A DNA stretch of 64,000 nt from Clostridiales bacterium (GTDB lineage Bacteria > Bacillota > Clostridia > Christensenellales > Pumilibacteraceae), in contig JAFLVH010000004.1 in the NCBI GenBank assembly GCA_022508365.1, positions 275-64,274 of the forward strand, written 5' to 3'. Positions 1-13,200 of the stretch are shown here, one piece after another. Each line of letters opens with the position of its first letter. Positions within the stretch are counted from its first letter, which is position 1. The notes beneath the pieces were generated by a model. That model made no database searches and had not been told where the DNA came from. It worked only from the letters and a program-made list of their open reading frames with translations. The position numbers were made by a program, and so were the translations under genes.

Positions 1-1
1 G

Positions 2-886
2 TAAAATATCCTGAACAAGGCACCATTCCCACGTGCAGATATATCTGCATCCGCGGAACTCCGCGTAATCGGACATATATTTTGCGTGGTACACTTCCTC
101 GAACTCGCCGCTGCTGTTTAGATGATATATCGCTTCGCTTGTGATTAAAAATAATCCTCGTTCGTTCCTGTAAAAGTGATAAAAGTGCGGATGAATTCTG
201 GGATCAAGCTTTTTGCTAAAATCGTAGATTTGCGCAAGGTTCTCCTTTTCCGTAACATCGAGAAGCTCTAAACGCCGTTTAACAGTAGAGATATACTTTT
301 TTCTAAGCACAAGAGTTCCGCCCTCTTCTTTGTACCTACCGTAGGAGCACTCGTATATGCGTCTGTTCTTTACATCATAAAAATTTCTAATCAGATAATA
401 GCTACCTTTGGAATATTTGTGAAAGTGATAATAAGTGTAAGGTTTTTCGCCTTCATTGGCTTCGCGCTCCATTTGAGGAAGCGGAATTGTAGTATACGTT
501 AATGTTTCCGGATAAACGCGGTAAATAAAAAATTCTATCCCATTTTTTGTTTCTTTGGTGGCACGACCGTAGATTACATTTTCTTCCTCGTCGTAATAGA
601 ATTTAGGATCGGTACTCGGAGATCCCTTCAACCGCATTTTTCCGAGGAATGTAAAATCCTTCACGGAATAAAATGCAAACTGTCCGACAGTTGACTTTAC
701 GGCGATAATCCCGTTTTTATGCGAGATAAATATTTGATTTGGGTTGGCTATGTCCGATAGCTTTGCTATACTTCCCAGCGTTTCTATATCAAACACGCGC
801 ACCGAGCGCGCGCTCAACAGAAAAAACCGAGAATTAACCTCGTCAAAGGTAATATTATAAGAACACCCGCTGATTTTACGATTCAC
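2..886 (-). CDS. Hypothetical AT-rich protein, 3' end runs off the window (>=295 aa), beta-strand rich, possibly propeller-like
   Basis: Absent from the ORF track because it has no stop in the window. Manual translation from GTG at 886 (GGAGG upstream) gives MNRKISGCSYNITFDEVNSRFFLLSARSVRVFDIETLG... open to the window edge. Confidence 0.75.
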   Translation of the reverse strand, partial: MNRKISGCSYNITFDEVNSRFFLLSARSVRVFDIETLGSIAKLSDIANPNQIFISHKNGIIAVKSTVGQFAFYSVKDFTFLGKMRLKGSPSTDPKFYYDEEENVIYGRATKETKNGIEFFIYRVYPETLTYTTIPLPQMEREANEGEKPYTYYHFHKYSKGSYYLIRNFYDVKNRRIYECSYGRYKEEGGTLVLRKKYISTVKRRLELLDVTEKENLAQIYDFSKKLDPRIHPHFYHFYRNERGLFLITSEAIYHLNSSGEFEEVYHAKYMSDYAEFRGCRYICTWEWCLVQDIL

Positions 887-916
887 CTTTTCCTCCGATT
901 ACTGTGCTAAATTTAT

Positions 917-1037
917 TGCGGTTAATAAGACTTTCATAGAGAAAAGGGCAAAGACGACTCCATCATAATCCTTTTTATGTGGCTCTAAAACTGCATTAAC
1001 CGCATTATACGAGGATGACAAAACGATAATTATCGTT
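917..1037 (-). promoter_or_regulatory. Structured intergenic region with nested inverted repeats and a 16-bp palindrome
   Basis: TGCGGTTAAT (917-926) / ATTAACCGCA (995-1004); inner AAAAGG/CCTTTT; perfect palindrome AACGATAATTATCGTT at 1022-1037. Confidence 0.4.
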
Positions 1038-1055
1038 GCCGCCAAAAATCTGAAC

Positions 1056-2234
1056 TTACTTTTGCGCTCTGCGCAAGATGGAGAGTTCGGGCAAGCGGAC
1101 GCCCAATAGCTTTACGCGCTTAGCCGGGACCTTTGCGTCGGTTATTCTTTCGCCGTCCTCATACTCCATTACAGGCACTTCAATTATCTTGTTAAGATAC
1201 TTTTCATCGGGAGAAAGCACCTCTAAGCTCTCGCCCGTTTTAAAGCGATTGCGCATTTCCACCACCGCGCCGTCCTTTTGATCGCGCATGACTATTCCGC
1301 AAAAGTCATAGTATTTTTTAGGATTGTTATCATGCACCGGCTGACCGAAATAAAACCCGGTGTTAAAGCCGCGATTTGGCGCCTTTAATGTCTCGTTTAC
1401 GTACACGTCAATCGGCTTACCGCTTATAGACGCGTCCAGAGCCTTTCGGTACGCGTTTACAATGCACGCGACGTAATATTCGGATTTTACCCTGCCCTCT
1501 ATCTTGAACGACGTGACGCCGGCGTCCCACACTTCCTTTAAGTGCGCAATCATATTCAAGTCGTTGCCGCCGAAAATATATGTTCCGTCGTCCTGAACAA
1601 ACTCCAGATTTTCGTCACTGCATTCCGGCTTGAACATCATTCTGCACGCTTGATTACACTCGCCGCGGTTGGCGGATCTGCCGGTAAGATAATTGGACAG
1701 CAAGCACCGCCCGGAATACGAAATGCACATTGCGCCGTGCACAAATGCCTCCAGTTCCACGCTGTCGGGAATACTGTCGCGTATCGTGCGTATCTGTTTG
1801 AGATTCAGCTCCCTCGCCAATACTATGCGTTTTACGCCCATATCCGCGTACATGCGAGCTGCTTGGCTGTTTGTCACGTTGGCTTGCGTGGAAACATGCA
1901 CAGGCACGCCTGCATGTTTTTTAAGCAAATGGTTGATAAGCCCCAAGTCGGACACGATTAAGCCGTCCACGTGCAAGCTCTTTAAGTAATCGACATACTC
2001 GTCAACGCCGCCGAAGTCGCTGTCGTTCATGAAAATATTGAGCGTGACGTAAAACTTTTTATTGCGAGAGTGCGTGGCAAGCGACGCAGCTTTAAGCTCG
2101 TCGTAATCGAAATTTTTGCACGCTGCGCGCATGCCAAGCGTTTTTCCGGCAAGATAAACCGCGTCAGCGCCGTATTCGAGCGCAACGTCCAGTCTTTTCA
2201 TATCGCCTGCGGGCGCTAAAATTTCCGGTTCCAT
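1056..2234 (-). CDS. Peptidase U32 family protein (TrhP/YegQ-like tRNA hydroxylation protein)
   Basis: PEILAPAG N-terminus, HVSTQAN, LARELNL, Fe-S Cys cluster CISYSGRC...RGECNQAC, SFKIEGR. Confidence 0.9.
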   Translation of the reverse strand: MEPEILAPAGDMKRLDVALEYGADAVYLAGKTLGMRAACKNFDYDELKAASLATHSRNKKFYVTLNIFMNDSDFGGVDEYVDYLKSLHVDGLIVSDLGLINHLLKKHAGVPVHVSTQANVTNSQAARMYADMGVKRIVLARELNLKQIRTIRDSIPDSVELEAFVHGAMCISYSGRCLLSNYLTGRSANRGECNQACRMMFKPECSDENLEFVQDDGTYIFGGNDLNMIAHLKEVWDAGVTSFKIEGRVKSEYYVACIVNAYRKALDASISGKPIDVYVNETLKAPNRGFNTGFYFGQPVHDNNPKKYYDFCGIVMRDQKDGAVVEMRNRFKTGESLEVLSPDEKYLNKIIEVPVMEYEDGERITDAKVPAKRVKLLGVRLPELSILRRAQK

Positions 2235-2235
2235 A

Positions 2236-3912
2236 CTAACAATCTATGACCATGGGTAAAATCATGGGGCTACGGCGCGTCTTTTTGAAGATATAGTTTT
2301 TAAGCTCTTTTCTTATTGTGTTGTTGAGCGTGTTCCTGTCGTACTCCCTCAAGTCCAACCCGGACAGCAGGCGCGACACGGTCTCGCGGCACGCCTCAAA
2401 AAAGTCGTCGCCGCCATCCTTGTCGTACGCAAAGCCGCGCGAGGTTATATCTATTGCGGACGCCGTGCCGGAAAGCTCGTCAATGCAGATGACGGCAATA
2501 AGCAATCCGTCCTCCGCCAAATGCTTTCTGTCGCGCAACACCGAGCTGTCGGTATCACCAACGCCCAATCCGTCCACAAGCAGACTGCCCGACGCAACCT
2601 GTTCGCCTATCTTAAACATTTTGTGCGACACATATACGCAATCGCCGATGTCGGTTATTATTATATGTGAAGGCATTTCACCCATTGCCACGGCAAGCTC
2701 GGCATGCTTTTGCAGGTGTCTGTGTTCGCCGTGGACCGGGATAAAATACTGTGGCTTAAGAAGTGCGTGCATAAGCGACAGTTCGTCTCGGCAGGCGTGA
2801 CCGGAAACGTGTATCTCCGCCAAGCTCTCATAAATTACGCGTGCGCCGTGGCGGTAAATGTTGTTAATGACGGAATACACCATGCGCTCGTTGCCGGGTA
2901 TGGGATGCGCGGAGAGAACTACGGTGTCGTTGTAGCCAAGCTTGACCTTGGTAAACTCGTCCTGCGCCATGCGAGTGAGCGCACTCATCGGCTCGCCTTG
3001 ACTGCCTGTGGTGAGTATGACCAAATCCTTGTCGTCTACGTTTTTTACCTTTTCTATATCTATAATCTGCGAGCGATCTATCTTAAGCTCGCCTATCCTC
3101 GCCGCGCATTCCGCAACATTTATCATAGACCTGCCGCTAAACGCGACCTTGCGTCCGAACTCTGCCGCCAAATCTATTATCTGCTGCAAGCGGTGTATGT
3201 TTGACGCAAACGTCGCTATTATAAGCCGCCTGTCCTTGTTTTCGTTGAATATGGTGCGCATGGACCGCCCCACCGTCGCCTCGCTCATAGACGTGCCCGG
3301 ACGCTCCACGTTGGTGCTTTCGCAAAGTAACAGCAAAACTCCCTGCTTGCCTATTTCCGCAATGCGCTGCAGGTCTATCATATTTCCGTCAATCGGCGTA
3401 TAGTCCACCTTGAAGTCGCCGGTGTGAAACACGGTGCCTACAGGCGTGGAAATGGACAACGCGCAAGAGCCCGCTATAGAGTGCGACACCTTGACAAATT
3501 CCACCTTGAACGCCCTGCCGAGTGAAATAACATTACCCGGCTGAACAACGTTAAGATTGGCGTTGTCAATATGCATTTCGCGCAGCTTGTTGTCGATGAG
3601 CGCAAGCGTCAGCCTTGTGCCGAATATCGGAACATTACATTCCTTTAAAAAGTACGGAACGGAACCTATATGGTCCTCGTGGCCGTGCGTAATAACAATG
3701 CCGCGGATTTTGTCCTTGTTTAACATGAGATACGCGGGATCGGGAATGATAAGATCCACGCCCGGCGTGTCGGACGTAGGGAACGTAGAACCGCAATCGA
3801 TGATGATTATGTCCTCACCAAACTCAAGGGCGGTCATGTTTTTGCCTATTTCACCCACACCGCCCAAAAAGATAACCTTTAAGATAGGCTCAATAAATTT
3901 CTTATGCTGCAA
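2236..3912 (-). CDS. rnj: Ribonuclease J
   Basis: LGGVGEIGKNM, THGHEDHIG, HTGDFK, TGSQGEP, HVSGH, PVHGE motifs; TTG start with GGAGG. Confidence 0.95.
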   Translation of the reverse strand: MQHKKFIEPILKVIFLGGVGEIGKNMTALEFGEDIIIIDCGSTFPTSDTPGVDLIIPDPAYLMLNKDKIRGIVITHGHEDHIGSVPYFLKECNVPIFGTRLTLALIDNKLREMHIDNANLNVVQPGNVISLGRAFKVEFVKVSHSIAGSCALSISTPVGTVFHTGDFKVDYTPIDGNMIDLQRIAEIGKQGVLLLLCESTNVERPGTSMSEATVGRSMRTIFNENKDRRLIIATFASNIHRLQQIIDLAAEFGRKVAFSGRSMINVAECAARIGELKIDRSQIIDIEKVKNVDDKDLVILTTGSQGEPMSALTRMAQDEFTKVKLGYNDTVVLSAHPIPGNERMVYSVINNIYRHGARVIYESLAEIHVSGHACRDELSLMHALLKPQYFIPVHGEHRHLQKHAELAVAMGEMPSHIIITDIGDCVYVSHKMFKIGEQVASGSLLVDGLGVGDTDSSVLRDRKHLAEDGLLIAVICIDELSGTASAIDITSRGFAYDKDGGDDFFEACRETVSRLLSGLDLREYDRNTLNNTIRKELKNYIFKKTRRSPMILPMVIDC

Positions 3913-4085
3913 AATATTGCCTCCGTTATTACTCGATTTATTTAATATAAATGCGGTTTTATTTACAGTTTAAAATTACACCGAAATAAATAAGAATTAA
4001 ATTTATCTGCACAAAAAGACAACGTGATAGCTGTTGATTTTGCCTATGTATTAAAATGAATTATGCGAACCTTCGCGTCGATATA

Positions 4086-4114
4086 ATTATAATCCATTTA
4101 AAAATAAAACACAA
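4086..4114 (-). promoter_or_regulatory. Putative sigma-A promoter for rnj-U32
   Basis: TTGTGT-17 bp-TATAAT on the minus strand. Confidence 0.55.
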
Positions 4115-4154
4115 GTCTTTTTGCACAATTTGACAAAAAAATCATACAATCCCG

Positions 4155-4186
4155 CACAAAAAACGCCCCGATTGCTCGAGGCGTTT
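4155..4186 (-). terminator. Intrinsic terminator of the giant surface protein gene
   Basis: AAACGCCTCGAGCAATCGGGGCGTTT followed by a T-run on the minus strand. Confidence 0.8.
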
Positions 4187-4200
4187 AATGATGTTTTACT

Positions 4201-7200
4201 TTACATTACGGGAGGATTGTTAGGGTCGGTAGGCGCGCCGGGGTTAAGACCTATAGCTCCGCCTTGAGGAGGCACATTCTCACCTGCACCAAGCATAAGC
4301 CCGGGATCGTTCTGCGTAGGCATTGTGGGCGGCAGATAGCCAAACGACTGCATCATGCCCATGCTGCTTGCACCGAGGCGCATCATCTGCTCCTCTAACT
4401 CCATTTCGGAAAGCAATATAGCTTCCAACTCCTCTTGCTTGCGCTTGCGGCGCTTGACAAGGATTACGATGAGGATTATAAGCGCAATCAACACCAAAAT
4501 GCCGATGCCGACGCCCCACCATATAATCGGGTTGACCTCGTAGCTTATCATGATCTTGTCCCAGAACGACGGGTCGGGTCTGTCTATGTTCTTTATCTTG
4601 AACGTGACCTTGGTTACCTCGCCTGTGCAATCCATGACACCAATCGTTATGTTGCACTCGCCGTTGAAGTTGAACGTAATGTATAATAGCGTTCCGTCCT
4701 CGCTGACGCGCACAGAACAAATCGTAGGAGAAGATACGGATACGGACTTTGCGTCGAATGTAAGCTGATCGCCAAGCGGCAGCTCTACGTCGTCAAACAG
4801 GTCCGTCGGATTGAGCATAGCCGTTCCGTTGTTGTCCAAAACAAACGATCCGCGGCCGGTCTCAAACAGCAAGCCTTCCTCATTGTTGTTTTTAATGTAT
4901 TCCTTGAGTGTAGGCATGTTATTTTTGATGACGGTCACATTAAACGTCATGTGAATCGATTTTACGTCGGGATCGTCAATCGCGGTCTTGTTTTTGAACG
5001 TGACGTTCATTCTGATGTTTTCGGCTACGGATTCGCCCTTAATCATCCAGTCGTCGCCGTCCTTATACACGCGCACGTTACCGGACGCGGTAAGCTCGGT
5101 AATGGCGTATTCTGCGCCGGGGTTAAATTTGCCCGGTTCCTCCGTAGCATGATCCTTTATGCCAAAGGTATCGTCAATGGAGTTGAACAGCGCAGCGGCG
5201 TCGATCTTTGTGGGAAGGCTGCGAATGGCGGTTATGTCATTGAGCTTGATATCCGAAATATCGTAGCTGATAATAAAGTGGAGGATGAACTCGACAGTAC
5301 TGTATTCTATCGCGTCGGCGCCTTCCACAACGTCGGCAACAATCACACTGACATACTGCTCGCCGTAATAGCCGGCCTTGGGAGTGAACGTGCAATTATA
5401 CATGTTATCGGCAATTGCAATGCCCACAAGGTCGCTCGCACTGTCGCTGTCACGCACGCAGTGCTGATTGCCGTTGGAAGGATTGCCTTCGTAAACAGCC
5501 GATACACCCGCTATCCTCAAGGCGTCGCCGTTGAGGTCCTCGACATAATCGTTGATGTCTATGACAATCGGTTCGCCATCTCTGGTGTCGTAGCCGGTCA
5601 CAATAAACGGCTTGTTTTCCACACCGGCCTTAAGCGTAGGCGCAGCGTTGAGAATGTGTATGCGCACAGTAACGGTAAAGCCGAGGAACGGATTGGTAGG
5701 ATCGCCGCTGCGGTCGATAATACGCATTTTTGCGGTTGCGTCATCGATATTGCGGTTGTACGACAACAGGTTTATGCTGAACCCGGCAAAATGGTTTTTG
5801 TCCTCGGGCATAACATTATTGTCAAATCCGAACAGAGGTTTAATTACCGCCACGTCCTCGTTTGCTTTGTCCGAGCGTACCGTCAGCTCCTTGCCGTACA
5901 TCAGATACGAGTTGGATTCGGCGCTTTCCGCCCCGACAAGACGCATGGAATCGGTGTCCGTACGCATTCTTGTGTAGTCCGGATCGGCAACATACGTGCC
6001 TTGGCTATCGACAAAGTAGAACGGCGCAAGCGTCCTTTGCGGTACCATATATGCGTCTATAAAGTAGGAACGGTAATTTTCCTCATCTACCGAAAGCTGA
6101 TAATAGCCGTTTACGGGATCGGGCGTTACCTCAATAATCTTTGACGCGTCAAGGTCTATGTCAGCGTTTTTAATGGTTATTGTTACCTGAACCTCAACCG
6201 CCTGTCCGGCGCGGTCCTTTCCGTAAATATTGAACGGAACGTCTACTTCGGACAGATAATTTCCGTCAGCGTCTTGCACATCGATACGCCTGTTGATTGT
6301 TACGGCAATCGTGTATGCGGGAATTCCCTCCACCGGTTCGCTTGAGTTGTTTACCTCTATCGTAAATGCCTGAGGCTTGTTTATACCCTCGTTGGCGCGC
6401 CAGTCTATTTCGGCTGCGGTCGCGGCGCTGAATGCCCTGTTATAGTCCGGCGTAAGCACCGTGCTGGACTGGAAGCCGTCATACACGACATAATCGTTGA
6501 GGTCGGAATCGGTAAACAGCGAGCCGTACGGATCGTCGTTGTCGTACAGTTTAATAAAGATACGATTGTCGTTTTGACCGTCTTTCTTGCTGGTAACGTC
6601 GCCCTCGTAGCTGAGCACGCTCTCTTCTTCCGTAGCAATAGGCGCGGAGTCCATAACGTTTACATAGAAGATATCACCGCAAGCCGTGTCCACGTTGGAA
6701 ATGTTGACCGCGCGAGTATCTGCAATGTGTTTTTCGATCTGAACGTAAAGCGGAATCTCAACGTCTATATTTGCGGAAACCGGTCTGAACAGAAGTGACA
6801 CACCGTCATCGCCCACGTCAAACATGAAGTAACGCTGGAGGAAAAGCACTAGCGAACGGTTTACATGGGTCATGGTAGTGCCGTCATCATAGAAGCCACC
6901 TATAAGGAAGCTGTCTATGTTGAGATGCTTTTCGTTGAGGAACGCATTGTTACTTAAATCGCTTTCCGACTTAAGCGCAAGCACCTTTTTGTTGACAACG
7001 GAAGGATTTAAGTTGAACAGCGAGGAGATATTTTCAAGCGACATTGCCTGATACTCGCTTTCGCTGCTGCCCACCGTCGCCATAAAGGCGTAAATGCGCA
7101 CTTCGTAATGGCGGTTGAGCGAGCTGTGCATGATATCCGGGTCGGTCAAAGGCCGCGCGCTTGCAGCGGTTTGGTCAACCGACGCAGGCATACCGGGATA

Positions 7201-10200
7201 CGTGAGGAACTGGAACGTGCTTTGTACGTCAACAATGGTGTTGCGCTCGTCTTCGTCCTCGGGCAAATCGATGCTGTAACCGCTGTAATCGTCAAAGGAC
7301 TTGACGTTGACAGACGCGATAGATCCGCGCTGGAACTGCTCCTGACGCACGGAGGAATTGGTCATTTGTGCATCGTTGGTTATGCTTGAGTAAAGCGTGG
7401 AAAGACGTATTTCAATAGGAATAGCGTTTTCAAAGATATTGTTGCCGCTGTCGCGCACATAGAACCGGATAACATCCTCGTCAAAAGAGCTGTTGTACGT
7501 CTTGCACTCGATAGTAAACCACCTGTAATCGGGTGAAATCTCTATCGTGAACATGTCGTTGTAGTAGATCAACCTATTGTCGGGATCCTTGCTCATAGCG
7601 GTGTTGTTGAACGAAAAGACATTATAATCCGCTCTATCCTCGCTGTACAAGGCAAGTATGTCACCGCTGTCCGCATCGTATGCTATCTCGTCAAGCGGCA
7701 AGCGAACTTTTCCGTATGCCTTGACTGATCTGCCGGTGTTAAGCGTAACGTCCTTGTATGTGGCGGTAACGGTGGGAACGTTGTTAATATTCTGCGTCGT
7801 GTTCTTGTCGGTTACGTTGTCGGCAATCATGTACATGCTGTAAACGCCCTTTTGCAGTACCTGAGAACCCATAATATTCTCATATACAGGGCTTAACGCG
7901 GCGTTAAGCGTGTGACGATTGTCGCCATAATCGATTGCAACGGGCTTGGAGCTAACCACCGTAACGTACATAGTAAAGGTAATGCGCGCCATGTTGGCAT
8001 CGACAACCGTAATCGTTACAGGCATGTTGGTGCAAACAGAGCTTGCCGTGATTGTTATATCCAAGCAGTACTGCATACCGGTGCTCTGAGACGAACCCTC
8101 AAGCGGCAGACCGTCTCCGCGCCTGCCTAACTCGAAGCAATTGTCGTTGTAATAGTCAACGCTCTCAAGACGCAAGCCCCACGGCATATCGTCGTCTGCA
8201 ATTGCAAGATAGCCGAGGTGCTGATTGCTGCCGCCGTCGCTTACGTAGCTGTGAAGAGCATACTGACCGTTGCCATCGATATTCCTTTCCGTAAGCTGCT
8301 CGTACTTGACCGTTGCGTTTTCGGCAAGCAGATTGGCTTGCATAATATTGGCATATCTGTGACTGGGATCCGCTCTGTTCGCCACAATATCGTAAGAAGT
8401 GGATGCACGTGCGGACGGCGTGGGAGTTGTGTAATCGGAACTCGATTCATTAGCCTCGGAACCGACAAACCTGTTGTACGGCGTGGTAACAACCGTAAAG
8501 CTGTCACCCACCTGCATTTGAAGGCCGTTTGCTTTGTTAACAGCTTTGCCGCGAATTGTGGGAGTCTGGTTGACAACGTTGATCTTGATGTACAGATCTT
8601 TTGTCTTGTTGCCGTCGCTGTCGGTAAAGTTAATCTTAAACGAGAAGTCGTCCTGCTGAACGGAAGTAGTGACATTGTCAACGGTGGTCTGATACGTTGT
8701 ACGCCTATTGGCGCGGAACATGATATCATTGCCGATGGGAATAGCGCCATAAGCCAACGCATCCTGCACCTGCGCTCCGCCGTTATCGTTGTAATAGTCC
8801 ATGTACATTATCACGTCCGGCATATAGGAATAACTAACACCGATGTAATTGGGATTGGACGAGTACACGGCATTACCTTGGCGCAGCTTCAAGTTATCCT
8901 GCGCTATCGTGTTTGCATTGGTGGAGTATGTCTGAATATTGTTTCTGTTGTTAAACGGCGAAACAAGATATGTGCCGCTTTCCAACCTGAACATATCATC
9001 TCTGCGCAAAGTTTCCGAATCGTAATTATTTCTGTTGCCGGCTTTTTCTTTGAGCAAATCGTAATCAGCCTTCCAGAAGAAATTGGTGCCGGTCTTGAGC
9101 AGACTGTCGCTGGTGATGACATGCGAGATATTAAGCGTGTAAGGCTGATTTATGGCAAGCGATACATTGATCTGCTTGCTTCCGTCCGAAGCGTAGTCTT
9201 CAAGGTTGTCTACAAGCTTAGCAGACGAACCGGAGATAGCTACACGGATCTCAACCGCTACATAAGACGCAGCGCCGAATCCGTCGCCGTGATCGTCGTA
9301 AATGAGCACTTTAAGCGGATAGTACGCGCCACCCCCCGCATTGTTGGAGTCAATAAGCTTAAGTCCGCGCTCCAAATAGTAATCCGAAACTGCGGTAAGA
9401 TTGGAGCTGCCAATCATATCGGGGTTGATAGACGTCTTTGCCTTGGGAGTGATAGAGAGCGTAGATCCGTCAAGCGACACGCCAACGGAGAAGTACTTAT
9501 CGTAGCCCTCATTGTTGTTGTACGCGTAAAAACCGGTGTTTGGCTGATATTCGCTTGTCCTGCTGTCTACAGCGCTCTTGTCTCGGGCATTCAGATAGTT
9601 TTTAATAGACGTCTGCGCATATTGGCTTGTTGACGTATTGCTGAATGTAATATTGGTGTTTGCACTGTCCTCATCAAGCTCCAACACTCGTTGATAGCCG
9701 GTTAAATACTTCAATTGCCGCAGCGAGCTATACGAGAACTTGGCAGTATCGGACTTGGAAGCGTTAACCGTATTGTCCGAATTGTAAACCACGTCGGCGT
9801 CTGTATACTTAATGACTTTGCTAATGTCAGGGACAGTAGACGCACGGGACAATGCAATGTACTGAGTATCCATGTCAGTAGTCAAATCAAGCATCTCGAT
9901 GTAGTAACCGGCAGCATCGTGCTGCTTTACGCCGTTGCTTGTTTGTTCAAGATCGATAGGGCTGTTGCCTATTTCCAGCTTAAACGTCAATGTGGCGGAG
10001 TATTGCGCGCCGTCCGAATCACCGTAGCCACCGTAATTGGGCATAACCTTGTTTGTAACGCTATTGAATGTGCAAGCAACAACCTTAACGGTGATTGTAA
10101 GCGACGCAACTTGCGCACGCGTATCTTTTTTGCTGAGCTTAAGTCCAAACAAGTGCTCCTGCAGACCGTATTGCTTTTCTGCATTATTCACAACAAGCTG

Positions 10201-13200
10201 ATTGGAAAGATACAGCATCCGTCCGTATTCGCCCACAACGTCGTTGGCGTACAGACCCCTGCTTGATTCAACATTTATAAATTGTTCAACGCCGTCCTCT
10301 TTGTATGTGGGAATGGAAAGACGGTTATTCAGATAAGGGCTTGCTAAAAGTTTTGTCTCATCCTCTTGCTTGTAGGTGTTGCCGACAAGATCGAAGAATG
10401 TGATTGCGACGTAAGGGTTTGTATCACTGCCCTTCCAAGTGTCAACACCGTCGCTTATTGTTACGGCATCACCGTAACCCATATATCTAAGCTGATAACC
10501 GTTTACATCTCCGGTATCGTACGATATATACGAATCCTGTTTGAAGGAAATAGCTCCGGTAGTGTCGTTAATCGTATAGAAGTCCTTATTGAGCGCAAAA
10601 TAGCTCATAGGCACATACGTCGCCTCATTTGAGTTGCCCGATACATGTATGGTGTCGCTGTATTTGAATGCGCTTTCCCTACGACCGGAAACTACATTAC
10701 CGCCCGATCTGATCGGATAATTAAACCCGTTGGTCGCATTTGCATTTGCTATGGAGTATTCCACACCGGAATGAACGCCTGCAAAAGTTTCGTCAGTACC
10801 GTTTGCCGAACGATTTTTCAAAGTGACCACGCCGGCACTCTGTTGCGTAGTGATGACCTTTGACGAACCGTCATAGTACAGATTTTTTATGTCGCTTTCC
10901 GCATCATACTGCGAGGTTTTAATTCCGTCATAAGTGGGAACATAAACCGCACCGTTTGAATCCGCAGGATCGGCAACGGTATAGAATCCGTCAAACTGAT
11001 TGTAATAGGTGTACGGCACAATACCTATGCCGTTGATAAACATGTCGTACGAGAACAATTGATTGGCAAATACTACGACCTTGTTTGCATTGCCTGCATC
11101 GTGAGCCGTGGCAAGACCCGCCGTATCACCGCCGAGCTTTGTCTCGTCGCGCATGGAGATGCGCAGATTTATATATTGGCTGGCGTCGGAGGAAGAATTG
11201 GGCTTGACCATAATAGCCCAGTCTGTGACTGCCCATCTGCCCTCTTCGTCAAATAACTGCCTATAGACATTCAAACGGTAAGGCGCGTCTTCCTTAACCA
11301 AATCGGACGCCTTATATGCGGTGTAGCCGCTGCCCGATCTGACAAAGTAAACTATATCCGTACCTTCGACGTCAATCTTCTTTTTAAGTCCGGCGTCGGT
11401 AGTGTCATAGTTAATGCCCTGTCTTAGCGCTATTAACGCGCCGATAGCTAAGTTGGAATTGCTCCTGTCGGCTAATGGCGTGTTCCAGCCTATACCGAGC
11501 TGAGGTACCGCAAGCTTGTATGCGGCAATATATTCATCGTCGGTAGTGCAGCCTGACAAATTGGCATTGCGGTATCCGACGTCGACAGGATTTGTACTGC
11601 CGGGCGCCCTCGCAGCCGAAATGACAACGCCTTGTAAACTATCGGTGTCGCTTATCAAATACTTGATCTGACCTGACGACGCACTGAATTCCGCGCGAAC
11701 AGCGGTTGCCGCATCGCTTCCCGAAACAAAGAAGCGGGCGCGACTCATATCCTGCGCGGTTAAGCTCTCCACATCCCACAGATATTGGTCTACATTAGTG
11801 CTTTCGCCGTCATATACCGGCACAAAGCCGTTGTCGCCGGTGTTGTACGTGAAGCCGGCATTGATGACCTCTATACGAACGTAGCATACCGATCTTTCAA
11901 GCGTGCCGGAGTCGTTATATCTGCCGTCTGTCGCATAGAACCGTATATAAAGAGTTTCAACGGCTTGCGTGGAGTTGAGCGCAACAATCGTCAACGTGGT
12001 TGCCGTCATTGTGACGTTTACATAATTGCCGTTGTACGATCTGCCCGCAAAATCGACTTCGCTGCCGTTTGAATCGTTTTTGTCTACTACCTGGAAACCT
12101 CCGGTAATGTCAAACCAGACTTCGCTGTCCTCGTTGTCAACAAGGAAGTTGTTTTTCTCATCGACGCTGTCCGTCGCCGCGTAAATGACAAGCGTAGACG
12201 GCTTTATGCTGCCGGGAATGAACGAATTGCTGTTTTCTACACTCTCCTCGGACAAAGGATTTGTCGTGAGCGTATAGTACTTTTCCGGATACTGAACGCG
12301 AGGCGAGCTGTTGATAACGTCAATCTCGACGCGAATCTTGATAATGCCGTACGCGTCATCCGAAGCGCTTGCGCCGGTACGGTCGCGTACGGTAAACTCC
12401 AAGACCGCGGGCGAACCGCTTAACGTGCGTCTATTAGCCGTGATAACGGCGTAGTCAATGTTGTATGACTTATTAGAATACTCTATTTTGCTTCCGAACG
12501 AATAACTGACATATCCGTCGCCGGTCATGTCCGCGCTTGCAAAAAGCTGTCTGTTGGTATTGGAATACGGGTCATAGGTAAACGGATCGAGGCTGGAGCC
12601 GTCGATAGTTCTTGCAAAGTACAGTTTGTCAATAGACGTTGTGCCGCTTGACGTCGTGCCAAACCTGTTGTCGGCAGTCACCCTGTTAAACGTGCGCTCC
12701 GCCTGCAAAGCGCCAATCATATTGAACAAGCTCTCGGTGTAACTGCTGCCGTAATATGGATAGCTGTTAGCCGATGTGGCAATCCCCTTGATGTTTATAA
12801 TGTTGGTGCCGGTTGTCGGTCCGTTGACAGAGAACACACCTGTGGACGTGTTGAACCCACCGGACAATCCGTTTAGAGTAAAGCCGTTAGAAATGCTAAT
12901 ACCCGCATTGGTCATGTTTTCGTCTGTGATAAGATCGTAAGGCGATACAAGAACCGTGGAGTGGGCAGGCACGCTATACTTGATTGTTGCCGTTGACTGG
13001 GTGTACGTGGACCTAACGGTTACGCCGTTATATGTGTAACCGAGCTGAGCGACGTTGGCGGAATCCAATGTCACCGGCGCCTTGTTGCTGACGTTAACGG
13101 CGATGTATGTGGATATCTCCGCTTCTGCGCTGTCCTTAACCTTGACTTCAAGATGCAAAAATCTGTTGTGCGTCCAGTTGTTTAGCGTGATCTTAAGTCC

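Noticed and set aside
901-910. TTAGCAC on minus, resembling a CIRCE half-site
   Set aside because: No matching right half at 9-bp spacing, and not upstream of a chaperone gene.
982-991. GTTTTAGAGC on minus, matching the start of type II-A CRISPR repeats
   Set aside because: Single 10-mer with no array and no cas genes; expected by chance.
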